From positions 544,001-608,000 of the forward strand of contig CBDBIB010000001.1 in the NCBI GenBank assembly GCA_965205945.1: a stretch of DNA of 64,000 nt, in the 5' to 3' direction. This document shows positions 39,321 through 54,300 of the stretch, piece by piece. Below the pieces are notes generated by a model. It searched no databases, was not told where the DNA came from, and worked only from the letters and a program-made list of their open reading frames with translations. The first letter of the stretch is position 1. Each line of letters starts with the position of its first letter. The translations under genes were made by a program, and so were the position numbers. The DNA comes from Bdellovibrionales bacterium. GTDB taxonomy: Bacteria > Bdellovibrionota > Bdellovibrionia > Bdellovibrionales > UBA1609.

Positions 39321-42300
39321 TTAACGTTCTAGTTATATTCTTTACCTTATATTTAAACTTCTTAAGTTTCTTTAAATTATAATAACTATTTTGCTCCATA
39401 GTAAAACTATCAATTGGATCAAAAAATTTAATATCTTCTTGAAGATCTCCAATAAATTTAACTGGAATCACAACCCTTGCAGTTTCACCAGCTCTTAACT
39501 TTTTAAGTTTCCAAACCCCGTTACTATAGTCTCCTTGAGAAGCCTTAGCAGCAGATGTAAAAATTAAATACTTTTTATCAATATAATCTTTAATTTCAAT
39601 ATTTGAAGCAATCTGTTTTCCTACATTTTGAATTTTAATAATGTAATTAAATAACTCTCCTTCATAAATATCTTTTCTTGATACTGATTTTTTCACCCTT
39701 ACTTTAGCAGTATTATTAACTTTTATTGCACTTTTTTGTACATCTAACGTTAACTCACTATCAACTTGATTCATTGAAAAATCTGTATAACCTGCAAGCT
39801 TTACTGGAGTAGTGAAATTATTTAATTCAAAAGTCCAAATCATATCTACGACCTGCTTCGGAAAAATTTCTTTAATGAACCAAATCCCTCTAGCACTATA
39901 ATCTGTATCTGTTGCAATATCTCTATTTATAGATTTTAATGAATTTTGATCAAATAAAGGTTTAATTTTAATATTTGTTGCCACAGCAGGGCCATTGTTT
40001 CTTATTGTATATTTATATGTGACGTATGGAACATTAATTTTCTTCTTTAAGGCTTTAATTTCAATATTAATATCTGATTTATTCTCAATCACATACTCTT
40101 TGCTATAAATATCAATTTGTTTATTCAAATCATCTTTATCAATCTTATGTCTTTTTATTCTAATAAAAGCTTTTGTATTAGAAGTTTTAAATTTTACTTT
40201 TACCCTAATCTTTAAAGTTTCAATATCTTTATATTTAATATCTTTAACTGTCCACGTTAAATCCTCTACATTACCTTTTGTAAGGTTTGTTTTAATCAAC
40301 TCTAAGGAAGGACTGATTTCAAAATCTAATTCTGATTTATTAACAAACGCTGGACCTAAATTAGATTGCGAAATAATAAACTCAACCTCCTCTCCTTCCT
40401 CTAACGTATCCTTAGATTCAGATATTACTACAGCATAATCAACTTCTTTATTTATTTTCACAGAAACAGTAGTCGTATTACCTTTATCAGAAATCTCGGT
40501 TTGCTTCATATCTATAATACCAAAAGCATTAATCAATTCATCCTTATTGCAATTGTATTTAGGCTTCACTCTTAACGTCATCGTTAACGATTCTTTAAAA
40601 CCCAATTTATCTACACTTAGAGTTTTCTTCCTAACATCACCAACAGTTGAACGAGATGAAACCAATATCAAGCACCTATGTAAAGGAGGATTTAATTTAA
40701 GATTTTTTACCATTGCAGGGCCCTGGTTGCTCACAAAATAACTTAACTCAAACTCTTCACCTAAGTTAACATTTTTAACATTAGAAGAGATTTTTGTTAA
40801 AAGATCAGTTTTGTTATTAATCCTAAGCTTAGGTGATAATGAATCTTTAGAGATGATTACAAAATCCTCTCTCATTTTAATTTCATCAATTTTATCCTCA
40901 ATAACAAAACCTCCAGATCCTGGAGTTATTTCTGATAGCCATGTAAGCTCAGCTTTTTCATGAACCTTAAGAGTTGGAATTAACCATGAATTACTAATAA
41001 GATTAGTATTTTTAGACACAGATACATATTTATGTTTAACTAAATGACTGTGAATAATATCTTTGATTCTAATATTGTTTGCCATAGCTGGGCCCATGTT
41101 TTTAATTCTAGTACTTGTTAAGATTTTATCTCCTTCATCAGCTCTAGATTTACTAAATTCTTTTACCAATATGATATTTGTCTGACTAGCTACTCTAATC
41201 TTAACTGTATCAATAGAATTTTTTAATAAATCTTTTTGCTCATGAGTAAATTTTTCTACTGGATCTAGAATCGTTGAGCCACCAGTTCCTTCTAATATTT
41301 TTACAGATACCTTCATTTTAGCAGATTCACCTTTTAACAATTCTAAAATAGTCCATTTTGCACCAGAAGCACTTCCTTTACTTACCTTAAGATCCCCTAA
41401 TTTAATAAGTGATGAATCAATAATATCTTCAAGCACCAGATCTTGCGCTACAGCTGGACCTTTATTTATAATCCTCCAAGTTATAAACACCTCATCGCCT
41501 TCTTCAGGATAAGTATCAGAAACTGTTTTTGTTAGAATAATATCAGTATTATTTAGAATTTGTATTTCATCTTCAAAAATATCTTTTGTTAACTCTAAAT
41601 CAATTTGATCTAAAGAAACATCATAAACCATTCCTTTTAAAATGGAAGATCCTGATCTAGGTTTAGGTGTCAATACAAATACAATCTCCTCTGAGTTTCC
41701 ATAATCAATAAAGTTAATGCTCCATATATTGTCCTTAAAACTTCCTTTTGTAGCTTTTGTTGATAGCAGCTTAAACTCTTCATCAAATGATATGGCCACC
41801 CCTACATTAGTAGCCTTAATTGGTCCTTTATTATAAGCCTTTACTAAAAATCTAATTTGATCACCTTCATTAGCTGCTTTAACATTAAATGATGATGCAA
41901 TTACAAGATCTAAATTGTTCCTAACCTGAATAGACAACGTTTCAATATCTTTTGTTTTATCTATATCTACCTGTTCTGCATATACAGTTGCTACTCCTAC
42001 TACCATTTCTTTAGTAGCAGATCCCACCTTACTGTTAGCATTAATTTTTGCCACCGCTTTTTCACCACTCATCAATGTTCCAATAATCCATTGATCTTTA
42101 GTAACTACACCATGTGATACAGATATATTTTGTATGTTAATAGATTTATCTTGAATAAGATCTACCACTAATTTAGTCGCTGCAGCAGGACCATTATTAA
42201 CCCCAGTAATCACATAGTTAAAGTTTTCACGCTCATCTACTTCAGTATGACTTAAATTTGTAGTAATATTAAAATCTAACTCATTCTTAATTCTACCAAT

Positions 42301-45300
42301 GGCAGCAATATCTTTAACACCTATTTGAGCCTGTAAACCTTCATAAATATAATGAGCTACTGGCAGCATAAATTCTTCATTACTTGTTAATACTTTAACT
42401 TTAGCGCTGAATTCTAATTTTGCTCCAGACTTCCCCTCTAAATTTTTGATGAACCACCTATTTCCGTTATAGTTACCTAAACTTGATTTAATTCTACCAT
42501 GCAATTTAAATTGCTCCGGTAATGGAAGATTAATCTCTAAATTAGATACACTAGATAACCCTTTATTTTTAACCTGTGCTACGAATTTGACAATATCTTG
42601 TTCATGAGGGGCTGTGTTATCTACGTCCACTAAAAATTTTAAATCAGCAGTAACATCTTGTATTTTATTCATGATAGTTTTAGCCCTATTCATTGACAAT
42701 ATTTTATTTTTTTCAGCCAAACCCCTAAAATCAGCAAAGCCTTGAACAAAAACCTTTCCGTCATTTAAGTCTAGTGGTAAATTACTTAATTCTTTTGTTA
42801 GTTTTTCAACCTTATTAACTTCAGATTCTCTAATATTTGATTTAGCAACGTTAAAAAGAATACTTTCTGAAATCTTTTTTGACTGAAAGACCTTACCTTC
42901 TGATAAAATTGGGATTTTCACTCCAAAATTAAACTTTGTAAATAATCCGCCTGTTAATTTTATAACTCTTGGATTTTCAGTAGTAAATGTTGAATTCTTA
43001 GGTAACGTTTTAGGATCTACTTTTAATATATAGTTATGACCTCTATTATGCTTAAACTCAATATCTGGAATATGGAATCTACCAAATCCATCTGTTTCAT
43101 GAGCTAATCCATTAACTCCATATATTCTCACCCCTGGAATTCCTTCTTCATCAACACCCATATTGTTAATTGTCACTAGTAAGAATTTTTCTTTTTCCTC
43201 TTCAATGATAGTGTGCGACACTAAAATATCTTGAGAGCTCATTCCTTTACGACGAAGTCCTGTTAACTCCTCTATAACCCTACCATCACTCTTAAAAAGA
43301 AGAGCTGTTCCTTCGGATGTAACAACCCCTAAATCTTTTTTAATAGACTCTTTTATTGGAATCTTTAATTTAACATATGTAGTTTTAGAATAATCATTTC
43401 TCGATGACCTTCCACTTAAGGCTCCTAATCTATAACCTTTTTTAACATCTCCACTAATTTTCTTAAATCCATTTCCTCTATCTATCATAGAATCTGTATC
43501 TCTTACGTTCTCAAGACTTGTTCCACCATAAACCTTTAAACCCCTAACTATAGATTCATCTTGATAACCATCACCATCTCTATCATGAAACACTTTACCT
43601 ATAATACTAGTAATATCAAAAATTACGCTCTTTTGGATTACAATCAAAGCTCGGACTTCAGAAGTAACTTTAAAATTTTCAAATTCAGCAAATGCCCCTA
43701 TAGATACTCCATTTCCAACAATGGAAGAACCAACTCTAGTTTGAAAAATAATTTTATATTTTTCTAAACCCGTTGTAGACATTAAAAAACTTAACTCTTT
43801 TCCATCAACTGCAAGCTTTTCACTTGTACTTAAGCTCTTAACTGTTTCTATATCTAAATCTAAAAAGACATCATCTTCTGTCTCAAAAATACCATCATCT
43901 CCAGCCCTTAATACTTTCGTAGTCCCCTTAATATATGATAAACCCTGTGGTAAATTAGCTACTACTTTTAATGGCTCAAAAACATCTGTCACTAAACTTT
44001 CTACTTCTAATTCAACACCTAGTAGGTCACCCATAGAAGCCACATCTTTATCTGTCTTAATCCTAATTATTACCGAACTATTACCTAATATATTTAACTC
44101 AGCTATTAAATCATCTGGAGTAGTATTGCTATCTAACTTATCAGATTCTATTCTAGAAATTTTATTTATAATCTTTGTATTTTGAGCATCTTCATTAGGA
44201 CGAACCTCTAAGTTTAACGTAGCCTTCTCACCAACTAATAGCGAGCCTACGGACCAGACTGGCTCTAAAAAACTTCCCTTTGAAGCCGTAGAACTAATTA
44301 ATATAAATCTATCATCTAAATCATCATCAATTTCTAAACCATTTACTGCTAAAGGTCCTTTATTCTCAACTGTAATGGTAAATATAGCTGTTGCACTCTC
44401 ACCATATACAACTCCTGTATTAATATTTTTTGTTACATAAATATCAGATTCATTTCTAATATCTATCTGCTCAGATAAATCATCCGGTGAAAGATTTATA
44501 TCTGTTTGATCTAAAGTTATATCTGAAATAGTATTGATTACCGTTTGACCTGATGTTCCTGAGTTTACCCTAGCAACAATACTTAATTCAACAACATCAC
44601 CTGCATCAAGCTGTGGAATTACCCAATCTGGATAAGAAAAAGTGTTTCCAGAAAAAGCCGTGGCTGATACAAACGTAAGTTGTGCTGGCAATATATCTTT
44701 CATGAAAATGTTTGTCGCTCTTGCAGGGCCGTTATTTTCTACTATAATAGTAAATATAATCTCCTCATCTTCATTTGGCCTAGCATTATTTACTGTTTTA
44801 AAAATAACTAAATCTAAATCACTATTAACAGTTACATCTGCTGATAAAGTATCACCAACTGTGCTATCTATCTGATCTAAAGTGTAAGAAATTGTATTTG
44901 ATATTATTTGCCCTGATGTTCCCTTCAAAGCCCTTGCTTTAATATTTAAAGCAACAGTCTCTCCTGAGGCTAAATCCCCAATATTCCACGTCCTAGTACT
45001 AACTATAAAATTTAAAGAGTCGGCACTAATAAGCTCTAGCTGTGAAGGCCAATCATCTATAATTTTAAAATTCGAAGCTTGATTTGGTCCATTATTTCTA
45101 ACTACAATTGTATACGTAAACTCTTCACCTTCATCGATTATAGTTTTATCAACTGACAAGTTAATATCTAGATCAAGATCATTTTCAACAGTAATTGACT
45201 CCTCTAAGTCATCCCCTGCAGGGTTTAAATCTATCTGATCCAAGTCTACAGTTAAAATTTGATTTACAATAGTATTCCCAGATTGACCAATATCTATAGA

Positions 45301-48300
45301 AACTATTAATGTTAAAGTTTCTGTTTGAGCATTTTCAAGCGTACCTACAGACCAAAGATTTGCAGTATAAATTCCCTGACTTGCCGTAGAGCTTAATAAA
45401 GTTAGACCTGCAGGAATCACGTCTTCTATTGTAACGTTTGTTGCCCTTGCAGGACCGTTATTATAAACTGTAATTGTATAACTAATTAAAGACTGTTCGT
45501 AAGGAGTTGGGTTGTCTACAATCTTAGTAACTATAAGATCAGTCCCATTATCAATATTCACAGATTCTTCAAGATCATCCGTATCAGTTGAATCAAACTG
45601 ATCCATTGTGTAATTACTAATTATATTTGTAATTCTCGTGTTTGTAGTTCCCGCATCCACAGTTGCTGAGATTTCTAGATTTGCTATTTCTCCAATATTA
45701 AGTCGTGGAATTATCCATTGTGGTTTTACAAATGTTCCATGACTTGGTATAGAGGCTGATGAAAATGTTAATCCTGTGGGCAAAGTATCATCAATAACAA
45801 GATTATCAATTGCAATCGGTCCATTATTTGTTGCTTGAATTGTAAATTCAATCAAATCTCCTTCAAATGAATTTGAATCATCTACAGTTTTTGTAATCAT
45901 TAAATCCACCTGCTTATCTACAACAATTACTTCTTCTAAATCATCGCCTAAAGGATCTATATCTGTTCCACTTTGCAAAACATTTGTAATAATATTAGTA
46001 ATTATTTGTCCATTTGTTTCCTTATCCACTGTTGCAAGAATTTGAATAGAAGCTGTTTCACCCATTGAAAGGTTTCCAACAATCCACTTGTTTACTAAGT
46101 AGCTACCGTGCGTTGCTGCAGCTGAAGAAGCAAATGTCAAACCTGCTGGCATAGCATCTATGATTTCAAGATTTCGTGCTTGCGCAGGACCTTGGTTTTC
46201 AACTGTTAATGTGAATGTAACAACCTCCCCTTCACGTGGAGTGTTATTGTCTACTATTTTAGTTAAGATTAAATTATTATTATTATTAATAAACACATCA
46301 GTAGTATCTATATCATTACTTGTTTCAAGTTCTTCTTGGTCTACCAATAATACTTGAGCTTGAGTAGTTGCCGTTTGCCCACCAGATCCTTCTAGGGCTT
46401 TAGCTGTAATTTCTAACGTAAAAAATTCATTTCTATCTATAGTTGGTATAGACCAGATCCTAGTATTACTATCAAAAGATCCGCCTGTTATATTATAAGA
46501 TTCAAAGTTAAACAAAACAGGAAGAGCGATTAAGACGCCTACATTTGTTCCTCTTGCTGGTCCTATATTTGAAACCACAACAGTAAATGTTACATCATCC
46601 TGCTCATTAAGAAAAACCTGATCTGAAATAATAGATACCACTAAATCAAGTTCATTAACAATTTGAATTGTTTCATCTAAATCATCATTTGAATGATTTA
46701 AATCAGTTTCATCTAAAGTTATATTGCTTACTGTATTTGTAATAAATTGACCTTTGGTACCCACATTAGCTGTGGCATCAATTGTTAAAGTTTTACTCTC
46801 ATCCACAGCAATATCGCCAAGAGTCCACACTCCATTACTTATACTGTAGGCCGTTCCATCTGATTCGTTATGAGCCAAATATGTTAGCCCTGCAGGAATT
46901 TGATCTTGAACACTAACATTCTCAGCTAGTGCAGGACCATTGTTTGTAACATTAATAGTGAATCTAACCATTTCACCTTCTGAATAAATAGACTCATCTG
47001 TAATTTTTGTGATAAAAAGATCTGTCTCATGTTTAACTAAAATATCTGCAAATAAAATATCATTAGAAGCGCCAATAGAATCATTCTGATCAAAAGTGAC
47101 TGATGAAATCTCATTTCTAATGACACTCCCACCTTGACCATAATCAACTTCAGTTTCAATCTCTAAAGTACTAATAAATCCATTTGGTATTACCCTTATT
47201 GACCAAACATCATCTTGAAAACTTCCTAAGTTAGCCCGGGCACTGATAAATGTAACCCCTGCTGGTAAAATATCTGTTAAGCTAAAATTAGTTGCTCCTG
47301 AAGGACCATTGTTTCTAACCGTAATGGTGTATGTAATCAGCTCACCTTCATTTGGAGTTCGATTTGAAACGGTTTTAGAAATTTCAAGGTTAGTATTATT
47401 ACCGACACTTAAAACCTCTGATAAATCATCTGGCGTAATATTACTATCTGTTTGATCAAAACTATTTAATTGAACAGTATTTATAATATCAATACCACCA
47501 GCCTCTAATTCAACACGGGATCGAAGATTTAATACAGCAGTATCATTAACAGGCAAAGAGCTAATATCCCAAAGCATTGTGTTCGAATCAAATATTCCTT
47601 TAGTTGAAAAATAAGACTCTAAACTAAGTAATGTTGAAGGAAATATATCTTGAATTTGAATTCCTGTTGCATTTGCTGGGCCTTTATTCTCTACTCGCAC
47701 AGTAAATGTAACTTCATCACCCTCTTGTGGTGCTTGAACATCTACAGTTTTAGTAATATGTAAATCTACTTTATCATCAACAGTGAAAACTTCTGTTAAA
47801 TCATCCGGGGTTTTATTAGAATCAAACTGATCCAGTGTAAAACCTATTACTTGAGCCGTTATAACTTGATTAAATATTCCAGTTTTTACTTTAGATTGAA
47901 TTTTTAATGTTGCACTACTTCCTGAATTAACGGCAGGAATACTCCAGGTTGGAAAAAAGTACGTACCTGCAGATGCAACGACTCCATTATTTATAAAATC
48001 CACTTGAGGTGGCGCAAAAAAGTCCATCGATAAATTCTCAGCCCTATTTGGACCATTATTTACAACCTCAATCTGATATGTGAAAACTTGATTCTCTTCT
48101 AATATTTCATCAGCACCAGGATCATCTATAATAGTAACTAATATCTGTAAATCTGTATTTGTACCAACAACTACCGTTTCCTCTAAATCGTCTGCCTCAA
48201 TATTTAAATCTATTTGATCTTGGCTCTGATTATCAAGTCTATTAACAATAACTTGCCCTGAAGCGCCTGGGTTAACATCAACAGTTAATATTAATGTTTC

Positions 48301-51300
48301 TACTTGCCCCATATTTAATGTGCCTATGGACCATTTAGATCCAGCATAAGCACCCTGTGTTGGAACCTGAGAATTTAATGTAAAGAACGTTGATAAAATG
48401 TCATAAATTTCAACGTTTTTAGCTTGTGCTGGACCATTATTTGTGACCTGAATTGTAAAGACAACTTGATCTCCCTCATCAACAGCATTTAAATTAGCTG
48501 TTTTACTAAAGAAAATATCAGCCTCATTTTTAATAATTAGACTTAATTCATTATTATCTACAACTTGTGTATCTTCCGTTTGATCTATTGCTGTAATATC
48601 TAAAACTGTTGAAAGTGTGCTTCCCCCAGATCCAACATCTACACTAACCTGAAAACTTATAGTTTCTGTCACACCCACTGCAAGAGTGTTTATATCCCAA
48701 GTTAAAGTCGCCCCTATATTATTAACATTATCTGCCCCAACCATAGTCCCAGGAATAAACGTTAACCCCTCAGGAACTATTGTCTGAAGAGTCATATTGG
48801 TTGCAACCTTTGGACCGTTATTTGTTACATTATAAGTAAGCGTAACAAAATCACCTTCCTCAGGGTTTGAGTTCACAACTATACCATCAATATAAACATC
48901 TATTTTCTCAATAACTCTTATATCTTCAGTATAATCATCACTTGTTAGATTTGTATCTATTACATCTAAGATAAAATTTGTAACCGTATTAGTAATTATG
49001 CTCCCACCAGTACCTGGAAGTGGGCTAGCAGAAATTTCAAGTGAAATTGATGCCCCCACTGGTAAAAATGATGTGACACCCCAATTTCCTGTCACAGAAT
49101 CATATGTACCTAAGGAGTTATCCGATATATATGTAAGTCCAGCAGGAAGTAAATCATTAAGTTGAATACTCTCAACTGTGACGGGTCCATTATTTGTAAC
49201 TGTTATAATATATTTAAAAATTTCCCCAATACTTGGAGTCGAATTGTCTACTACTTTAGAAATTTGAACATCTGATCTACTCTCTAGATTAACCGTAACA
49301 CTTAATGTATCATTACTCTGAGTATCTAAATACGAGTGGGTATAACTTACGGTATTTGTAATAGATAAGTTTTTAGCCCCTAAACCTGAAATTACTTTAA
49401 ATGTAAGAGTTTTAGTAGCTCCTATTGCAATTTCATTTATTATCCACACAAGACCTGTTCCTGCAGGATCTAATTCATTTCGATCATCAGCACCCGTCAT
49501 AGAACCCAAAACATAATCCATAAAATCAGGCACAATATCTGTTATTTGAATATTTTCACCAACTGATGGCCCAAAGTTTTCAACAGTAATTGTATACGTC
49601 ATTTCTGATAATAAAGCTGGCTGTAGACTACTTGCAGTCTTTATAACCTGAAGATCTATAACATTTTGAACTGTAACTGCTTCAGATAAATCGTCAGGCG
49701 TTGTATTTGTGTCAACCTGATCTAGTGCAACTCTGGTTAATGTATTTACAATAACATCACCTGCAGTCTTTGCATTCACTATAACTTGAAAAATTAATGT
49801 TTCAGTTTGCAATGGACCTAGCTGTATAATAGTCCAATTAAGACCTGCTTGAGCAGGATCTGCATCAAGACGTGTAGAGCCTCCGTTAATTGAACCCGTT
49901 ACATATGTTAAACCTGGTGGTATAATATCTGTAATAGTAATATTTGAAGCTCTTGTTTTTAAACTCTTATTACTAACATTAATCGTATAAGTAAGCGTTT
50001 CTAATTCTAAAGGATTGTTCTTATCCACTTGCTTTTCAATAAAAAGATCTAATGTATTATCTACAGTCACATCTATTCTTGACGTGTTGTTAGCAAAATC
50101 TACTTCCGTACTTATAAATGATGTAATATTTGAAACAGTTGATATAACTTCTCCTGCAAAGCCAGAATCCACTGTTACCTCATAAGTTAAAATACTCACC
50201 TCACCGCTTAGAATTTGATGGACCGTCCACTCAAGTCCCGAAGCTGTAGATGGAGTAAGATCATTCTGTATGTGACCTCCACTAATTGAATTTTCTACAT
50301 AAGTTAATCCTGTCGGAACTAAATTACTAACCACAACATCTCTAGATGTAGTTGGCCCATTATTTCTAAGAGTTAATGTATATGTTAGTGTATCTGTTTC
50401 TGACGGTGTTGTTGATGTTACAGCTTGAATAATTTCAAGGTCAGCATCATTTCTAACGTCAATACTAACTAAAGAAGTGTCATTACTATTATCTATATCT
50501 AACTGAGCAGAAGAGAGTAAATTACCAGTATTAACAATTGCCCTTCCTGAAGTTCCTTCCTTAGGAGCTGCTCGAAATATCAAATCAAGGTTCTCGCCTT
50601 TTAACAACTGATTGATTGTCCACTTTAACCCATCTCCAGAGCCAGGAGTCCTGTCATCTTGATGATCTCCTCCCACCATTGAACCTGCAATATACGATAA
50701 GTTAGAGTCTAGTAAATCAACAACTTTAATATCTGATGCCGCTGCGGGTCCGTTGTTCTTAACATTAACAGTATAAACTACCTCCTCTAGCTCAAAAGGA
50801 AGAATATTACTTACTGTTTTTGTAATTTGAATATCAAGATCTGAATTTACATTTAAATCAACATTTCCTGAATTATTTAAATCATTTATATCTGTTTGAG
50901 CAGAGCTAGATAATTGCGCCGTATTTGTAATAGGATTGTGTAAATTAGAAGACTCTAACACCATCACATCAAATGTAATGTTTTTAGTTTGACCTGAACT
51001 AATTTTACCAATAGAAAAATCAACTCCTGTACCTGATGGATCAGTACTATTTACTGAATCTACGCCACTATCTGTTCTAGGCATATAGAATAATCCTGTA
51101 GGAATAATATCATTGATCACAACTGAACTTGCCTGTGTTGGACCTGCATTTGTAACACCAATTGTATATGTAACTATCTCACCTATATTAGGCGTTGTAT
51201 TAGAAACTGCTTTAGTTAATGAAATATCTAAGTTATTTAGGATATTAATATCTCTTGTACCCACATTGTTTACAGGATTTATCTCTGTTTGATCAACACT

Positions 51301-54300
51301 TGTGTATGAAGCACTATTTGTAATAAGAGTATTTAAATTCGCTCCGGCACCAACCACACCTTTAAATGTTAAATCTACTGAATTTAAAGGACCTACTGAA
51401 GTTAACGAATTGATTGTCCACTTTAAGCCTGTTCCATAAGGGGAGCTTTCAATCTGAGCATCCCCTCCAAGCATAGAGGCCGTAGTATATATAATATCTA
51501 AAGGAACAATATCTTTAATTACTAAACCAGTAGCACGTGATGGTCCATGATTTGTAACAGTAATTGTATATGTAACCTCTTCACCTTCTTCATAATTTGA
51601 CTTATTCGAAGTCTTTGCTACTTGAATATCTAAATCTGTTGTAACAGTCACAGTGACTGAGTCTGTGTTATTTGTTAAATTCTCTTCTGTTTGATCAATG
51701 GAGAAAATATCACTCGTATTTGTAATACTCATTCCGCCTGCACCTGAGTCAATTTGAGCATTAAAAGTAACTGTTTTACTTTCACCACTAAGTAGTGAAT
51801 TAATTGTCCACCTCAACCCTGCACCCGTTGGATCAGATTCATTTTTTAAATCTCCACCTATCATCGTACCTACTTGATAAGTTAAACCTGGTGGTAAAAT
51901 ATCTCTTACAACAATATTTGTTGCATCTGCAGGACCAGAATTTGTAACAACCAATGAATACGTAATGACTTGAGTCTCATTCGGCATACTTTCATTAACT
52001 TGTTTATTTATTACAATATCTACACCACGTGCTAAGAAATCAGCAGTATCACTATCATTGTCTAAATTAGAATCGGTTTGATCTAAAGAAGTTATTGTAC
52101 CGGTATTTATAACAGACCCTAATCCCCTAGCACCCACATCTACCGTAGCTTGAAATGTTAAGCTTGCTATATTTTCTGGACCTACACCTGATAAAGATTC
52201 AATTAACCAAGTTAAGCCTGTTGTATCTGGATTTATATCATTATACAATGCTTGACCTGCAATTGAACCTGGTACATACGTCACTCCATCTGGAACTATA
52301 TCCGTAATATTAATATTTGTTGCCGTAGCACCACTAAAATTTTTAACTAAAAGAGTATACGTAACAATTTGACCTTCAATGGGTTCTGTATTAGATATTT
52401 GTTTTTCTATTTCAATATCTAAAGCCTGAACAATTATATCTACTGCTCCTACATTATTACCTAAATTATCTTCTGATTGATCCGCCGAAGAAAACTCTGC
52501 GCTATTTGTAATTGTTCCATATTCATTATAAGCACCCGCATTTACTTGTGCATTAAACATTACATCTACAATTTGATTTGGAGCCAATGTATTGATTGTC
52601 CACGTTAAGCCGGTTATATCATCTGGAGTCAGATCATTTTGTATATCTCCTCCTGCTATTGTTCCTTGCCTATAAGTAATACCTGCCGGCACTAAATCTT
52701 TTAACACAACATTTGTTGCTGGCTGACTGCTTAAGTTCTTTACAGAAATTGTATAGGTAACTGTTTCAAATTCGACAGGTGTTGGGTTGTTGACAACTTT
52801 AAGAACTTCTAAATCAAGTCCTCGTACAGTGATATCTACTAAGCCTTCATTATTTACCTGATTTGAATCAACCTGATTAAGATTAATCAATCTTGCAGTA
52901 TTTGTGATAGTCCCACCGGAATTAACTTTTGCACCTATATCAACCCTAGCTTTAAAACGAAGACTTACACTATCTCCCCCAGCAAGAGTATTGATATGCC
53001 AAACAAGACCATCTCCTAAGGTAGGAGTAGTATCATCTTGTAAACTTCCACCACGCATCGAAAAGTCCACATAAGTTATACCCTCTGGAACAATATCACC
53101 AATAACTATACCTGTTCCCACCTCATCATCTATTTTATTTGTAACGGTAATTATATATTCAATCTCTTCACCCTCTTCAGGACTAAAGTTACTCACTGTT
53201 TTTAAAACACTTAAATCAAATGCTTTAATTGTAATAAGAGCTGAACTAATATTATTAGACACATTGTCTTCTGATTGATCCGCCGAAGAAAATTCTGCAC
53301 TATTTATAATTGCTCCGTATGTTGCTTGTGAGCCAGCATCTACCTGAGCTCTAAATGTTACTGATTTTGTTTCTCCGGCTAAAAGGCTTGCATGAGTCCA
53401 AGTCAGCCCATCTCCAGAAGTTGGAGTTGAATCATTTCTTGATGTTCCTCCTCTAATTGAATTTTGTACATATGTTACACCTGCTGGCACCAAATCTTTT
53501 AACACAACATTTGTTGCTTCTTGCTGGCTTAGGTTTGCAACACTAATCTTATAAATTACCTCACTTCTTTCAAGAGGATTGGCATTATCTACAGTTTTTA
53601 TAACTTCTAAATCAAGGCCACTAACCGTAATCATAGCCCCGTCTGTGTTATTTGTATTGTCCTCTTCTGATTGATCTGATAACTTTAAATTAACTGTATT
53701 AGTAATTGTTCCATAATCATCTTTTGCTCGAGGATCCACTGTCGCCTGAAAACTCAGAGTCTCTACAGCACCCACACTTAATGTGGGAAAAACCCATACT
53801 AAACCTGTTGTATCATGGTTCTCATCATTTCTCTGTGTTCCACCCTTAATTGAATTCAACACATATGTTACACCATCAGGAACTATATCCTCTACCACTA
53901 TATTTGTAGCGGTTTGTCCACTTAAATTACTCACTATAATTGTATACGTAATCTTAGCCCCTTCTTCTGGACTTTGATTATCAACAGTTTTTACTATGCT
54001 TAAATCTATTCCTCTAACAGTAATATCTACTGATCCTTGATCATTTTCTGGAGTAGAATCTGCTTGATCAACATTGGTCATCTGTGCTGTATTTGTAATT
54101 ATTCCATAATTATCTTTTGCTCTAGCGTTCACAACTGCATCAAAAGTTAGAATAATATCTGTTTCACTTGCAATGGAGTTAATATTCCAAGTTAAACCTC
54201 CTGTGATTGTATAAGGATCTAAATCATTTCTTTCTGTTCCTCCTCTAATTGAACCTTGCACATATGTTACACCTTCTGGAACAACATCCGTAATTTCTAA

